NCBI GenBank assembly: GCA_002104905.1
Contig: MCFE01000428.1
Span: forward strand, 1 to 64,000
Length of the DNA stretch: 64,000 nt
Reading direction: 5' to 3'
Source of the DNA: Basidiobolus meristosporus CBS 931.73
Lineage: Eukaryota; Fungi; Basidiobolomycota
In this document: one piece after another, positions 12,429 to 21,807 of the stretch
How the letters are laid out: every line of letters starts with the position of its first letter
Position numbering within the stretch: position 1 is the first letter of the stretch
Made by a program: the position numbers and the translations under genes
The notes under the pieces: generated by a model
Database searches by the model: none
The model's input: only the letters and a program-made list of their open reading frames with translations
Told to the model about the DNA's origin: nothing

Positions 12429-14252
12429 TGTGGTGGTGTATAAGTCCAAGGGAGATATACGTCCAACACTTCTCAAGTGTTTTGTGTGTGGGGTGTTCAC
12501 TGGGTGCAATAACCTCTGGCAAAAGCTTGCTAGGAATACTTGGGTTCTGTCTCTAATCTAATGTGAAGGGGAATAAAGCCACAAGCTTGTCAAGGGAAAA
12601 CTATTGAGCTACAATCCCCAACTTAGTTGGCGTCTTAACAAAAGTATGTGCTGGGTTCAGCGTCCTTTGAGATGACAATGTACTAAAGCTTCCAAAGTCA
12701 AAACAACTGTAAACTCCACCAGCAGGGACTTGATAAGAATGCAGCTGTGGTCAATAGTTACAAAGACAGAAAAGTATCTTTGCCTGTACAAGAACAAACT
12801 TGGGAAAGAATCAAATATAATAAAAGATACCTACTCTGAGTATTCCTCACAAGTAGTGCCTCCAAGGTCAATTGGCTGTCAGCGCAGTTTCCTGGGAGTG
12901 TCCTGTGGTCTGGGGTTGGAAGTTCAGGTAGCAGCAGGTAGCAGTGATCACACTAATCAACAAGTTGGTATATTGATAAAAGGGATGATGATTTATTGTT
13001 GAGGGATAGCCTCCCTTATATACTTTTCTTACCGGCTAAGTGATTACTAATCATGGTGTTCCAGAAGGTTCCGGATATCAATAGAAATCTTAATGACATC
13101 AGAATGACCTAAGAATGTTCTAAGTAGGCGCTGGAAGGTTCTAAGAGGCACAGCACATCCAACCAATCAGGAATCAGTATTCTGAAACCTGTGCAACATG
13201 GAGATACCATATATGGTATGGAAATGGTAGGGATGGTGACACGGGCTGATCATGTGTCACGGGTACTGGTGCGGGTACTTGCCTAATATAGAAGTACTTA
13301 TAGCTAGTAATCTTACATAAAGTGAGGGGTAACTTATGCAATAAGGTAAGCAGGTGTGATAGTCAACCGGTGTGGTGGTGTAAAGGTACTCCTGGGAGAA
13401 GCTACACAACTCAAGGTGTGTGAGGTGTCTGATGGGTGCAATAACCTCTGTGTCTAAACTGCTGGTGTCTTTGTCAATATGTCACTATGGTAAAAGCTCC
13501 TGCTTCTTTAGCTTCCTAGGTGCTCCAAGTGTCTCCAAAGGCCTCTGTGTGTCTTGTGCACTACCCTGAAAAGCTCCTTGATGGCAGGTCTTAGATATAC
13601 TGTTGAAGGCAGGTGCAGTGATCAACTGCTAATCAATAAGGTAGAAGTGTTACTGATAGAAGGGATGATTTATTGATGAGGGATTGCTTTCCCTTAAATA
13701 CTTTTCCTGATTGCCAAGTGAATACTAATGACAAGGTTCTAGAAGATTCTAGGTATCAGTGGAATTCTTGATGACATCACTATGAGCTAAAAATATGCCA
13801 AGAATGTCCTGGAAGGTTCTAAAAGGCACAGCACTCTCAACCAATCAGGAATCAGTAGTCTGAAACCTGTGCAACATAGAAATACCATATATGGTATTGA
13901 AATGGTAGAGATGGTAACACAGACCTAGGTCATGTGTCACGGGTACTGACGCGGGTACTTGCCTTATATAGATACATCTACTGATCACAAAGCTGAATAA
14001 CATCTGGGATAACTAATGCTAATAACTAATCAGGGTAAACATCATATGGGGATAATACTGATAATATGGGCAAAAGAAGAATGGGATAATACTGATAAGA
14101 TAAAATATGGATAAGTATATCATAATGACTATATGAATAAACTTGTCTGTGGGAGGTATGTTTACCCTACCACATCCACCCCCCACTTGAGCTAAAAAGT
14201 TTCAGGGAACTTTTTAGCTAACCACTGTAAGTTTGGAGAACAAAGTGCTCTC

Positions 14253-16109
14253 TCAGTCTTCCTCAATGAAGCCACCTGTCCTTTCTTGAGATAGAAATCT
14301 ACATGATGTCATTGATTGGATATTGTTTGAGTCCACACCACAGAAGGTTGCTGTTAGTCCTGGGCTCTCTGAGTATATAGTATACCATGCTGAACCATCT
14401 GGGTAGTTCACTGCAGTTGCTCTTGCTTTTACTTCCCATGGTCTTCCAAGAAGTAATTCAAAGTTAGCCTTTGCACAAATGAATACTGGGATCTCATGGG
14501 GTATTCCTTCAATGATGAGAGGGAAGCTGTGAATAATTCCTAAAAGCTTTGATTGCCCTGAGTTGGCATCCTTCATGCTCCAATTGATATTGGTGTCTAT
14601 GGGCAATAGGTCTTTGCATGGTAGTTGTTTCCAAGCCTCCAAAGGCATCACACATATCTCAGATCCACTGTCTATATGACATAGGATTTCTTGATTATGC
14701 ACAGTTCCTGTAGTTGTTGCAGTTGCCACTGAGTAGTAGTGTTTCTGGCTTTGATGCAGCTTACTGATATCTTGGCTTCCTTGAACTGTCCTGACCTGGT
14801 TGCCTTGAGTTGCTTCAATTGGATGCTTTCTTATTCTGATATGCTCATCCAGAGTCTTTCTTACAGATGGTGATACACTGAGTAGCTCTCCAACCTTGAT
14901 TGATATGTTGCTTCCTAGTATATGACTTGTCAGAGCGTCTGGGGTACCATTTTGCTTGACTCTAGGCTGCATGTGGTAGTTGTTGGCCTTGGCAGACTCT
15001 TGTAAAATTAATGGGGGTGATGCTTTCTTCTCAATCACAACTTCTGGCTCACATCTTGGTACTTTTGTTGCTGGGCCTGGATTAGCCATTTTTTCAGGAT
15101 GGTGTCTCTTTGAAGCATAAATTGAAGCTATATGATTTTGGGCCTCTCTGGGGTCCTCATAGTCAAAGTTCAGAACTTCAGCTGGATCAAAGTAGTCAGG
15201 ATCTTCTTCTTCATGGAGGTGAACCTTTCTTGTATGAGAGGTGACTTGCTTGTAGTGAACTCTCATTCCTCCTTGTCCAAATGCTGTGGATAATTTGTCA
15301 CCATGCTTACTGACTATGTATCCCTGAGGATTATATAGGACATCACCTGTGGATAGTAATGACTGAAGCTCTTGGCAATTTCTTTTGGAATGGTTGGCAG
15401 AGTCACACCACATGCATGTATATTTGACTTCTTTCTCTACTGGCTTCTGACCATATGCTTTGCTGGCAAGTAGCAAAGAGAGTTTCTCTAGTTGCTGTGT
15501 CAGCTCCTGAATTTGAGTGCTTTGATTGCTGGGATTAAGTATGTCTTGGCTATCTTGGTTTTGTTCTGGGCTTGAAAGAAGCTTTCTGATTGGTGAGGTT
15601 TCTTCAGGGGCAAGTCGAATCTGCTTAGCTAACTGAAATGCAGGCAGTGAACTCATAGCTTTCACAGTAGGATTGTTTTCAATCCTTCTCACCAGGCCTT
15701 CTGGTAGTGCTCTGAGCAGATAGGCAGATAAAGTCAGATCAGTGATAATGCCTTGGGCTTTCAGTGACTCTCCAATTTGCTCAAGGCCACTCAAGTATTC
15801 TTTCAATGGTAGCAGCTTAAACTTGCTATAAGCAAAGTTCTCCAAGTCTTGAAGTGTGTAGTCAACTTGTCTCTCTCCATATTCATCAATCAAGTAGCTC
15901 TTCAAGAGGGTCCAATTTGTCAGCAGATCATTTCTTTCATATAAAGAGAGCATGATCTCATCAGTGCTGTAGGGGGGCATCTCTTCAGCCATAATGGCCT
16001 CAGGTATTTTGTGGGCTCTGCAGAAAAGCTCCCACCTCTTGATGAAAGCTTTAACTTTGGTTCCATCAAAGAAAGGAGTTCCTTGCATTCCTGGTAAAGG
16101 TAGATCCAT
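14253..16109 (-). CDS. gag: A2 Gag-aspartic protease polyprotein, 618 aa, intact
   Basis: Uninterrupted ORF; PFFDG..V..F...WE capsid-like start, CMWCDSANHSKRNC knuckle, HIDSGSE and LLLGRPW protease motifs; stop 64 bp from the PPT. Confidence 0.9.
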   Translation of the reverse strand: MDLPLPGMQGTPFFDGTKVKAFIKRWELFCRAHKIPEAIMAEEMPPYSTDEIMLSLYERNDLLTNWTLLKSYLIDEYGERQVDYTLQDLENFAYSKFKLLPLKEYLSGLEQIGESLKAQGIITDLTLSAYLLRALPEGLVRRIENNPTVKAMSSLPAFQLAKQIRLAPEETSPIRKLLSSPEQNQDSQDILNPSNQSTQIQELTQQLEKLSLLLASKAYGQKPVEKEVKYTCMWCDSANHSKRNCQELQSLLSTGDVLYNPQGYIVSKHGDKLSTAFGQGGMRVHYKQVTSHTRKVHLHEEEDPDYFDPAEVLNFDYEDPREAQNHIASIYASKRHHPEKMANPGPATKVPRCEPEVVIEKKASPPLILQESAKANNYHMQPRVKQNGTPDALTSHILGSNISIKVGELLSVSPSVRKTLDEHIRIRKHPIEATQGNQVRTVQGSQDISKLHQSQKHYYSVATATTTGTVHNQEILCHIDSGSEICVMPLEAWKQLPCKDLLPIDTNINWSMKDANSGQSKLLGIIHSFPLIIEGIPHEIPVFICAKANFELLLGRPWEVKARATAVNYPDGSAWYTIYSESPGLTATFCGVDSNNIQSMTSCRFLSQERTGGFIEED

Positions 16110-16161
16110 GGTCTTGATAATTTGTTCTTTCTTAAGTCTTCTAGGGGCAGTTCAGTCAAAC

Positions 16162-16179
16162 CCCCCACGTTGGGTGCCA
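16162..16179 (-). promoter_or_regulatory. Primer-binding site, tRNA-Lys(CUU)-like (A2; same sequence in A1 at 23264-23281)
   Basis: TGGCACCCAACGTGGGG versus the classical Lys1,2 PBS TGGCGCCCAACGTGGGG; separated from the LTR by TATT. Confidence 0.85.
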
Positions 16180-16393
16180 AATATGTGGTGGTGTAGAGGT
16201 ACTCCTGGGAGAAGCTACACAACTCAAGGTGTGTGAGGTGTCTGATGGGTGCAATAACCTCTGTGTCTAAACTGCTGGTGTCTTTGTCAATATGTCACTA
16301 TGGTAAAAGCTCCTGCTTCTTTAGCTTCCTAGGTGCTCCAAGTGTCTCCAAAGGCCTCTGTGTGTCTTGTGCACTACCCTGAAAAGCTCCTTG

Positions 16394-19300
16394 TGTTGTA
16401 AGAGTCTTGGAGATATTGGAAGTGATTGGGAGAACAAGTAGATTATGTGGTTTTCACTTAATGATTTATTGAATGTAAAAGTAGTATTTATACTTTTACA
16501 TGGTCTTGGCATTACAAACACGTAGAATAGGTTAAGGAAGGTCCCAAGAACATGTGTGCAAAGTTTGGGGCTGTTTGGACAACTTTGAGAATTTTCATGT
16601 TCTGGGTACCTGGTATTTTGGTGAAAATATTCTAAGTAAATCCCGACAAGGAATTTGGTCAGTATTCTCTAGGATTTGAAGATGATGATCTAAGTGACTA
16701 AGTTAGGTGAATATTTAGGTGGAAAATACGAATTTTTACAACACTCCCACTCAGCTAAATGTTCATACTGACTAGTCCTAATTTTGACCTAAGATATTCA
16801 AACTTGTCTCTAGCTAATGGTTTGGTAAATATGTCTGCAATCATTTCATCTGTAGGACAGTAAACTAAGCTAACTAAGTTATTCTCTATAGCTTCACGTA
16901 TGAAATGATGTCTAATATCTATGTGCTTGGTTCTAGCATGAAAAGTTGGATTTCTACCTAATTGTATACATCCTTGATTATCTTGAAATAAAGTAATAGG
17001 CGTTTTTTGACATAGGCCTAAATCTGTAAAGAGCTTTCTTAACCACATTGCTTCTTTTGTAGCTTCACAGGCTGCCATATACTCTGCCTCTGTAGTAGAA
17101 AGTGCTACGGTTGGTTGCTTTCTTGAATTCCATGAAATGGCTCCTTTACAGTAAAGAAAGGTGTATCCTGTGGTGGATCTTCTGTCTTCTAAATTTCGTC
17201 CCCAATCAGCATCAGAGTATCCCACAAGATCCTGTTCTGAATCCTTATAAGTGTATCTTAAACAGATATCAGCAGTTCCTTTTAGGTATCTAAAAATCCG
17301 CTTAACTGCTGCAATATGATCAGATCCATAATTCTGATTATGTTGGCTGACAACTCCCACTGAATATGAGATATCTGGACGTGTTCCAAGCATGATATAC
17401 ATCAGACTGCCGACCATAGATTGATAAGGAAAGTCAGGGCTTTCAGATGGCACCAAGCTCTCTTGATTTGGTTGAGTTTTGACCAAGTTAAGGTTTGTCT
17501 CCATTGGGGTAGCTGCCGGTTTACAGTCTTCCATTTTGTACTTCTTTAGTATATCTTGAATATACTTGGATTGGCTTAGGGTAATAGTCTGGGTACTTCT
17601 GTCTATGGAGAACTTAATCCCTAAGTAGTAACTAAGTTCTCCTAGATCGGACATCTTGAACTCCTTAGATAGGCTGGATTTAGTCTCTTCCAATGTTTCT
17701 AGGTTATTGGCGGCTATAATAAGATCATCCACATATAGAGCTAATAGAACTGGATTTGCTCTATCTGGCTTATAGTATATACTATAGTCAGCATTACTCC
17801 TTTTGAAACTCAAAGATTCCAAATAAGAATCTATCTTGCAATTCCAGGCTCTCGGTGATTGTTTGAGACCATATAGTGACTTTTTAAGCTTGCAGACCAA
17901 ATGGGGGTTATCTTGGTCAACAAAACCATCAGGCTGGTCCATATACACGTCCTCATCAAGTTCTCCATTCAAAAATGCAGTTTTTACATCCATTTGATGA
18001 ATAAAAAACTTATATTTGGCTGCAATAGCCAATATTAATCTGATGGAATTAAACTTGGCTACCGGTGCAAAGGTCTCAGTATAGTCAAGTCCTTTTGTTT
18101 GAGAGTATCCTTTGGCTACAAGTCTTGCTTTGTATCTTTCAATTGTACCATCAGCCTTGTATTTTGTCTTGAAGACCCATCTGCATCCAATTGATTTTTG
18201 GTTGATTGGTAATTTGACTAAGTCCCAAGTTTGATTTTCCATCAGGGCCTGATATTCCTCAGTCATTGCAGATCTCCAAAACTTCGTCTGAGGGCTATTT
18301 AGGGCCTCTTTTACAGTCTGGGGTTCATCAACATGGACTGAATAGGCATAGGCTAAGTTTGTACCCTCATTGATATAGTAATTTGGGCTATTTCTTGTCC
18401 GATTGGATCTCCGGGCATTTGATACTGGAATGATCACTTCTGGGATATTCCTGGGCACTGATTCTGGCTGAACCACGGTTGTAGAGTCCTCTGGAGTGAA
18501 AAAATTTTCATTGTTTTGCTCTGATTCAATCCTGACAATTGGTGGACTTGAGATCAAATTTTCGTCATCATCTGATGTCATTTTTTGTGAAAATTTTGAA
18601 TTTTCATCAAACAACACATCCCTGGACTTGATCAGCTTCTTTGCTTCGGTATTGTAGAGTCTGTATGCCTTACTCTCATTGCAGTAGCCCAAAAATATGC
18701 ATTTTACACTTTTTGGCTCAAATTTTGACTGATTTCCGGCCAGTTTTTTGGCATATGCTGTACACCCAAATATTCTTAGATGTTCTGCACTTGGTCTGTA
18801 TCCATACCATGCTTCAAATGGAGTAGAATCACGAAGTATTCTGTTATAACTCCTATTTTTAAGATATACAGCAGTGGCAACTGATTCCGCCCAAAAATCA
18901 TAGGATAATTTTTGATCATGGATCATAGATCTTGCCATATCAATTATTGATCTGTTAGCTCGTTCTGCTACTCCATTTTGCTGTGGGGAGTATGGTACAG
19001 TAGTCTCTTGCTTTATCCCATGAATTTTGCAGAAGTGGATGAAGAGTTTTGAGGTATATTCTCCACCATTGTCAGAGCGTATTTTCTTGATTTTTTCACC
19101 AGTTTCTCTCTCCACCATGGCTTTGAACTCCCTGAGCTTAGACAGAGCTTCTTCCTTTCTCTCCATGAAGTAGACCCATGTGTATCTTGTATAATCATCA
19201 ATAAAAGTGATTAAATACTTCATCCCGCCTAAGGATAAATTTTGCATAGGTCCACACAGATCTGAGTGAATTAGATCTAATTTTTTCTTAGTTTTGATTA

Positions 19301-21080
19301 ACCCAGAGCTCTTGAACGGTTGTCTGGCTTGTTTCCCATATATGCAGGCTTCACAGTGCTCCAAAATAGCTGGGGGATCAATTTTCACTCCAGAAATTAG
19401 CTGATCTTTGATCATTTTACGCAAATAATCAAAATTGATGTGTCCAAATCTCCTGTGCCAAAGCATTGGTGTTTCTTCATTTAAGTTACTTATATTGGCT
19501 TCCAGATATGATGGAATATAAGTCAACTTGTATAGGTTCTGATCTCTGATGCCCGAAGCAATATGGGCACCATTTTGATCAGTGATCCTGCATCCAGAAT
19601 TGTCAAAACTGAAACTGAGTCCTTCTGCTGTGGCCTTGCTTACAGAGAGTAGGTTCTTGGCTATTTCTGGTACATAGAGTACTTCTTTAAAGGTCAGTGT
19701 ATGGCTTCCTTCACTGCTTCTAAGGTTTACTTGGATAGTTCCTTCTCCCACTGCATCAAGTGTTCTATCGTCACCCATGAAAACCTTCTTAATTGGAATT
19801 TCTTGATATTGGGTAAAAAGTTCTTTTTGGTGTGTAAAGTGTTGAGAAGCTCCAGAGTCAATATACCACGTCTGAGAATCCTTGTTTGTGGTCATATTTA
19901 GTGCAGATATGAATAGTCTATCTTCAGTTGTTACAGCATTTCCATATTCAGGCTTCTTTTGCTGATAATCTCTCTTTTTGAAACACCGGTCTGATGTGTG
20001 TCCTTTCCTTTTGCAGTAGTTGCAAAATAGGTTGCTGTTGCCTTTGTAGGGTCTTGGGTACCTCCTTTGTTGGTTATCATTGCTTATTAAAGCATTTTCT
20101 TCTTCCTTCTTATTGGCGCTTGATTTTCTTAATTCTTCATCCAGGAGCCTTCCATATACGTAATTTAAGGTCAAATCTTCAGTTCTGGACTCTAGGGCTG
20201 ATACAAGGCCCTGAAACTCGTCTGTCAGGCTATTCAGGATGGTAACTATCACATCCTCATCAGTAGTTGGTACGCCCACAGATTCCATCTCATCTACCAG
20301 CAGGGTAATTCTGTTAATTAGATTTTTCATTTCTTCTCCTGGCAGCATCTTTGTAGTAAAGAATTTTCTTCTCAGATACATTTTCTTGGCAGCTGAACAT
20401 GACTGGTAGGTGTCTTCTAATGCTTTCCAGGCATTCTTTGCCGTTTTTGCTCTTGAGCATTGAATTAGCAATTTGTCCTTGACATTAAGGCAAATGCAGT
20501 TAAAGGCACTTTGTTCTTTCTTCTGGTACTTCAAGGCTTCCTCTCCCACGTTTTTAGGAGGGCATTCTTCTCCCATGACAATATCCCAAAGGCCTCTTTC
20601 TTGTAGCAGCATCTTCATCTTCACCTTCCACACTTGGTAGTTAGATCCATCCAACTTTTCAGCAGAGGGAAAAATTCCAGTAATAGCAGTAGTAGACATT
20701 GCAGAGAGTGACAGCTCGGGGCTCATAACCTGTTGTAAGAGTCTTGGAGATATTGGAAGTGATTGGGAGAACAAGTAGATTATGTGGTTTTCACTTAATG
20801 ATTTATTGAATGTAAAAGTAGTATTTATACTTTTACATGGTCTTGGCATTACAAACACGTAGAATAGGTTAAGGAAGGTCCCAAGAACATGTGTGCAAAG
20901 TTTGGGGCTGTTTGGACAACTTTGAGAATTTTCATGTTCTGGGTACCTGGTATTTTGGTGAAAATATTCTAAGTAAATCCCGACAAGGAATTTGGTCAGT
21001 ATTCTCTAGGATTTGAAGATGATGATCTAAGTGACTAAGTTAGGTGAATATTTAGGTGGAAAATACGAATTTTTACAACA
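16394..21080 (-). mobile_element. Intact young Ty1/Copia element (Copia-1), TSD CCTTG
   Basis: 350-bp LTRs 16394-16743 and 20731-21080 with no difference seen; CCTTG at 16389-16393 and 21081-21085; PBS GGTTATGAGCCC; PPT TGAGTGGGAG. Confidence 0.98.
16755..20726 (-). CDS. Copia Gag-Pol polyprotein, about 1323 aa from the ATG in the PBS (frame open to 20858)
   Basis: KLDGSNYQVWK gag, CNYCKRKGHTSDRC knuckle, WYIDSGAS protease, GAG-pre-integrase HRRFGH, DDE integrase, LYVDD RT, YSDADWG RNase H; no stops. Confidence 0.97.
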   Translation of the reverse strand: MSPELSLSAMSTTAITGIFPSAEKLDGSNYQVWKVKMKMLLQERGLWDIVMGEECPPKNVGEEALKYQKKEQSAFNCICLNVKDKLLIQCSRAKTAKNAWKALEDTYQSCSAAKKMYLRRKFFTTKMLPGEEMKNLINRITLLVDEMESVGVPTTDEDVIVTILNSLTDEFQGLVSALESRTEDLTLNYVYGRLLDEELRKSSANKKEEENALISNDNQQRRYPRPYKGNSNLFCNYCKRKGHTSDRCFKKRDYQQKKPEYGNAVTTEDRLFISALNMTTNKDSQTWYIDSGASQHFTHQKELFTQYQEIPIKKVFMGDDRTLDAVGEGTIQVNLRSSEGSHTLTFKEVLYVPEIAKNLLSVSKATAEGLSFSFDNSGCRITDQNGAHIASGIRDQNLYKLTYIPSYLEANISNLNEETPMLWHRRFGHINFDYLRKMIKDQLISGVKIDPPAILEHCEACIYGKQARQPFKSSGLIKTKKKLDLIHSDLCGPMQNLSLGGMKYLITFIDDYTRYTWVYFMERKEEALSKLREFKAMVERETGEKIKKIRSDNGGEYTSKLFIHFCKIHGIKQETTVPYSPQQNGVAERANRSIIDMARSMIHDQKLSYDFWAESVATAVYLKNRSYNRILRDSTPFEAWYGYRPSAEHLRIFGCTAYAKKLAGNQSKFEPKSVKCIFLGYCNESKAYRLYNTEAKKLIKSRDVLFDENSKFSQKMTSDDDENLISSPPIVRIESEQNNENFFTPEDSTTVVQPESVPRNIPEVIIPVSNARRSNRTRNSPNYYINEGTNLAYAYSVHVDEPQTVKEALNSPQTKFWRSAMTEEYQALMENQTWDLVKLPINQKSIGCRWVFKTKYKADGTIERYKARLVAKGYSQTKGLDYTETFAPVAKFNSIRLILAIAAKYKFFIHQMDVKTAFLNGELDEDVYMDQPDGFVDQDNPHLVCKLKKSLYGLKQSPRAWNCKIDSYLESLSFKRSNADYSIYYKPDRANPVLLALYVDDLIIAANNLETLEETKSSLSKEFKMSDLGELSYYLGIKFSIDRSTQTITLSQSKYIQDILKKYKMEDCKPAATPMETNLNLVKTQPNQESLVPSESPDFPYQSMVGSLMYIMLGTRPDISYSVGVVSQHNQNYGSDHIAAVKRIFRYLKGTADICLRYTYKDSEQDLVGYSDADWGRNLEDRRSTTGYTFLYCKGAISWNSRKQPTVALSTTEAEYMAACEATKEAMWLRKLFTDLGLCQKTPITLFQDNQGCIQLGRNPTFHARTKHIDIRHHFIREAIENNLVSLVYCPTDEMIADIFTKPLARDKFEYLRSKLGLVSMNI

Positions 21081-21807
21081 CCTTGATGGCAGGTCTTAGA
21101 TATACTGTTGAAGGCAGGTGCAGTGATCAACTGCTAATCAATAAGGTAGAAGTGTTACTGATAGAAGGGATGATTTATTGATGAGGGATTGCTTTCCCTT
21201 AAATACTTTTCCTGATTGCCAAGTGAATACTAATGACAAGGTTCTAGAAGATTCTAGGTATCAGTGGAATTCTTGATGACATCACTATGAGCTAAAAATA
21301 TGCCAAGAATGTCCTGGAAGGTTCTAAAAGGCACAGCACTCTCAACCAATCAGGAATCAGTAGTCTGAAACCTGTGCAACATAGAAATACCATATATGGT
21401 ATTGAAATGGTAGAGATGGTAACACAGACCTAGGTCATGTGTCACGGGTACTGACGCGGGTACTTGCCTTATATAGATACATCTACTGATCACAAAGCTG
21501 AATAACATCTGGGATAACTAATGCTAATAACTAATCAGGGTAAACATCATATGGGGATAATACTGATAATATGGGCAAAAGAAGAATGGGATAATACTGA
21601 TAAGATAAAATATGGATAAGTATATCATAATGACTATATGAATAAACTTGTCTGTGGGAGGTATGTTTACCCTACCACACCGGCTTATGGGATAGTACTG
21701 ATTGGGTAAGACAAATGGTATAAAACTAAAATAAGTGTAGTAGAGATATAGGGAAGTAGAAAATAAGGGAATGAGCACATCTGTCAGTGGGTGTCACTGT
21801 CACCCCA

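Larger units (their letters stand above)
13371..21679 (-). mobile_element. Non-autonomous Gag-protease-only LTR element A2 (3617 bp without the Copia), TSD CCGG
   Basis: 804-bp LTRs (13371-14174; 16184-21679 minus the Copia) with one mismatch seen; CCGG at 13367-13370 and 21680-21683; PBS 16162-16179; PPT 14175-14188; the 2009-bp interior holds one ORF. Confidence 0.95.

Noticed and set aside
16321-16521. Recurrent small ORF MFVMPRP.KSINTTF... (also 46165, 49709, 54158 and the N-terminus of the 1367-aa ORF)
   Set aside because: It is the same Copia LTR sequence read repeatedly, with a GTG/TTG first codon; there is no evidence for an independent gene.
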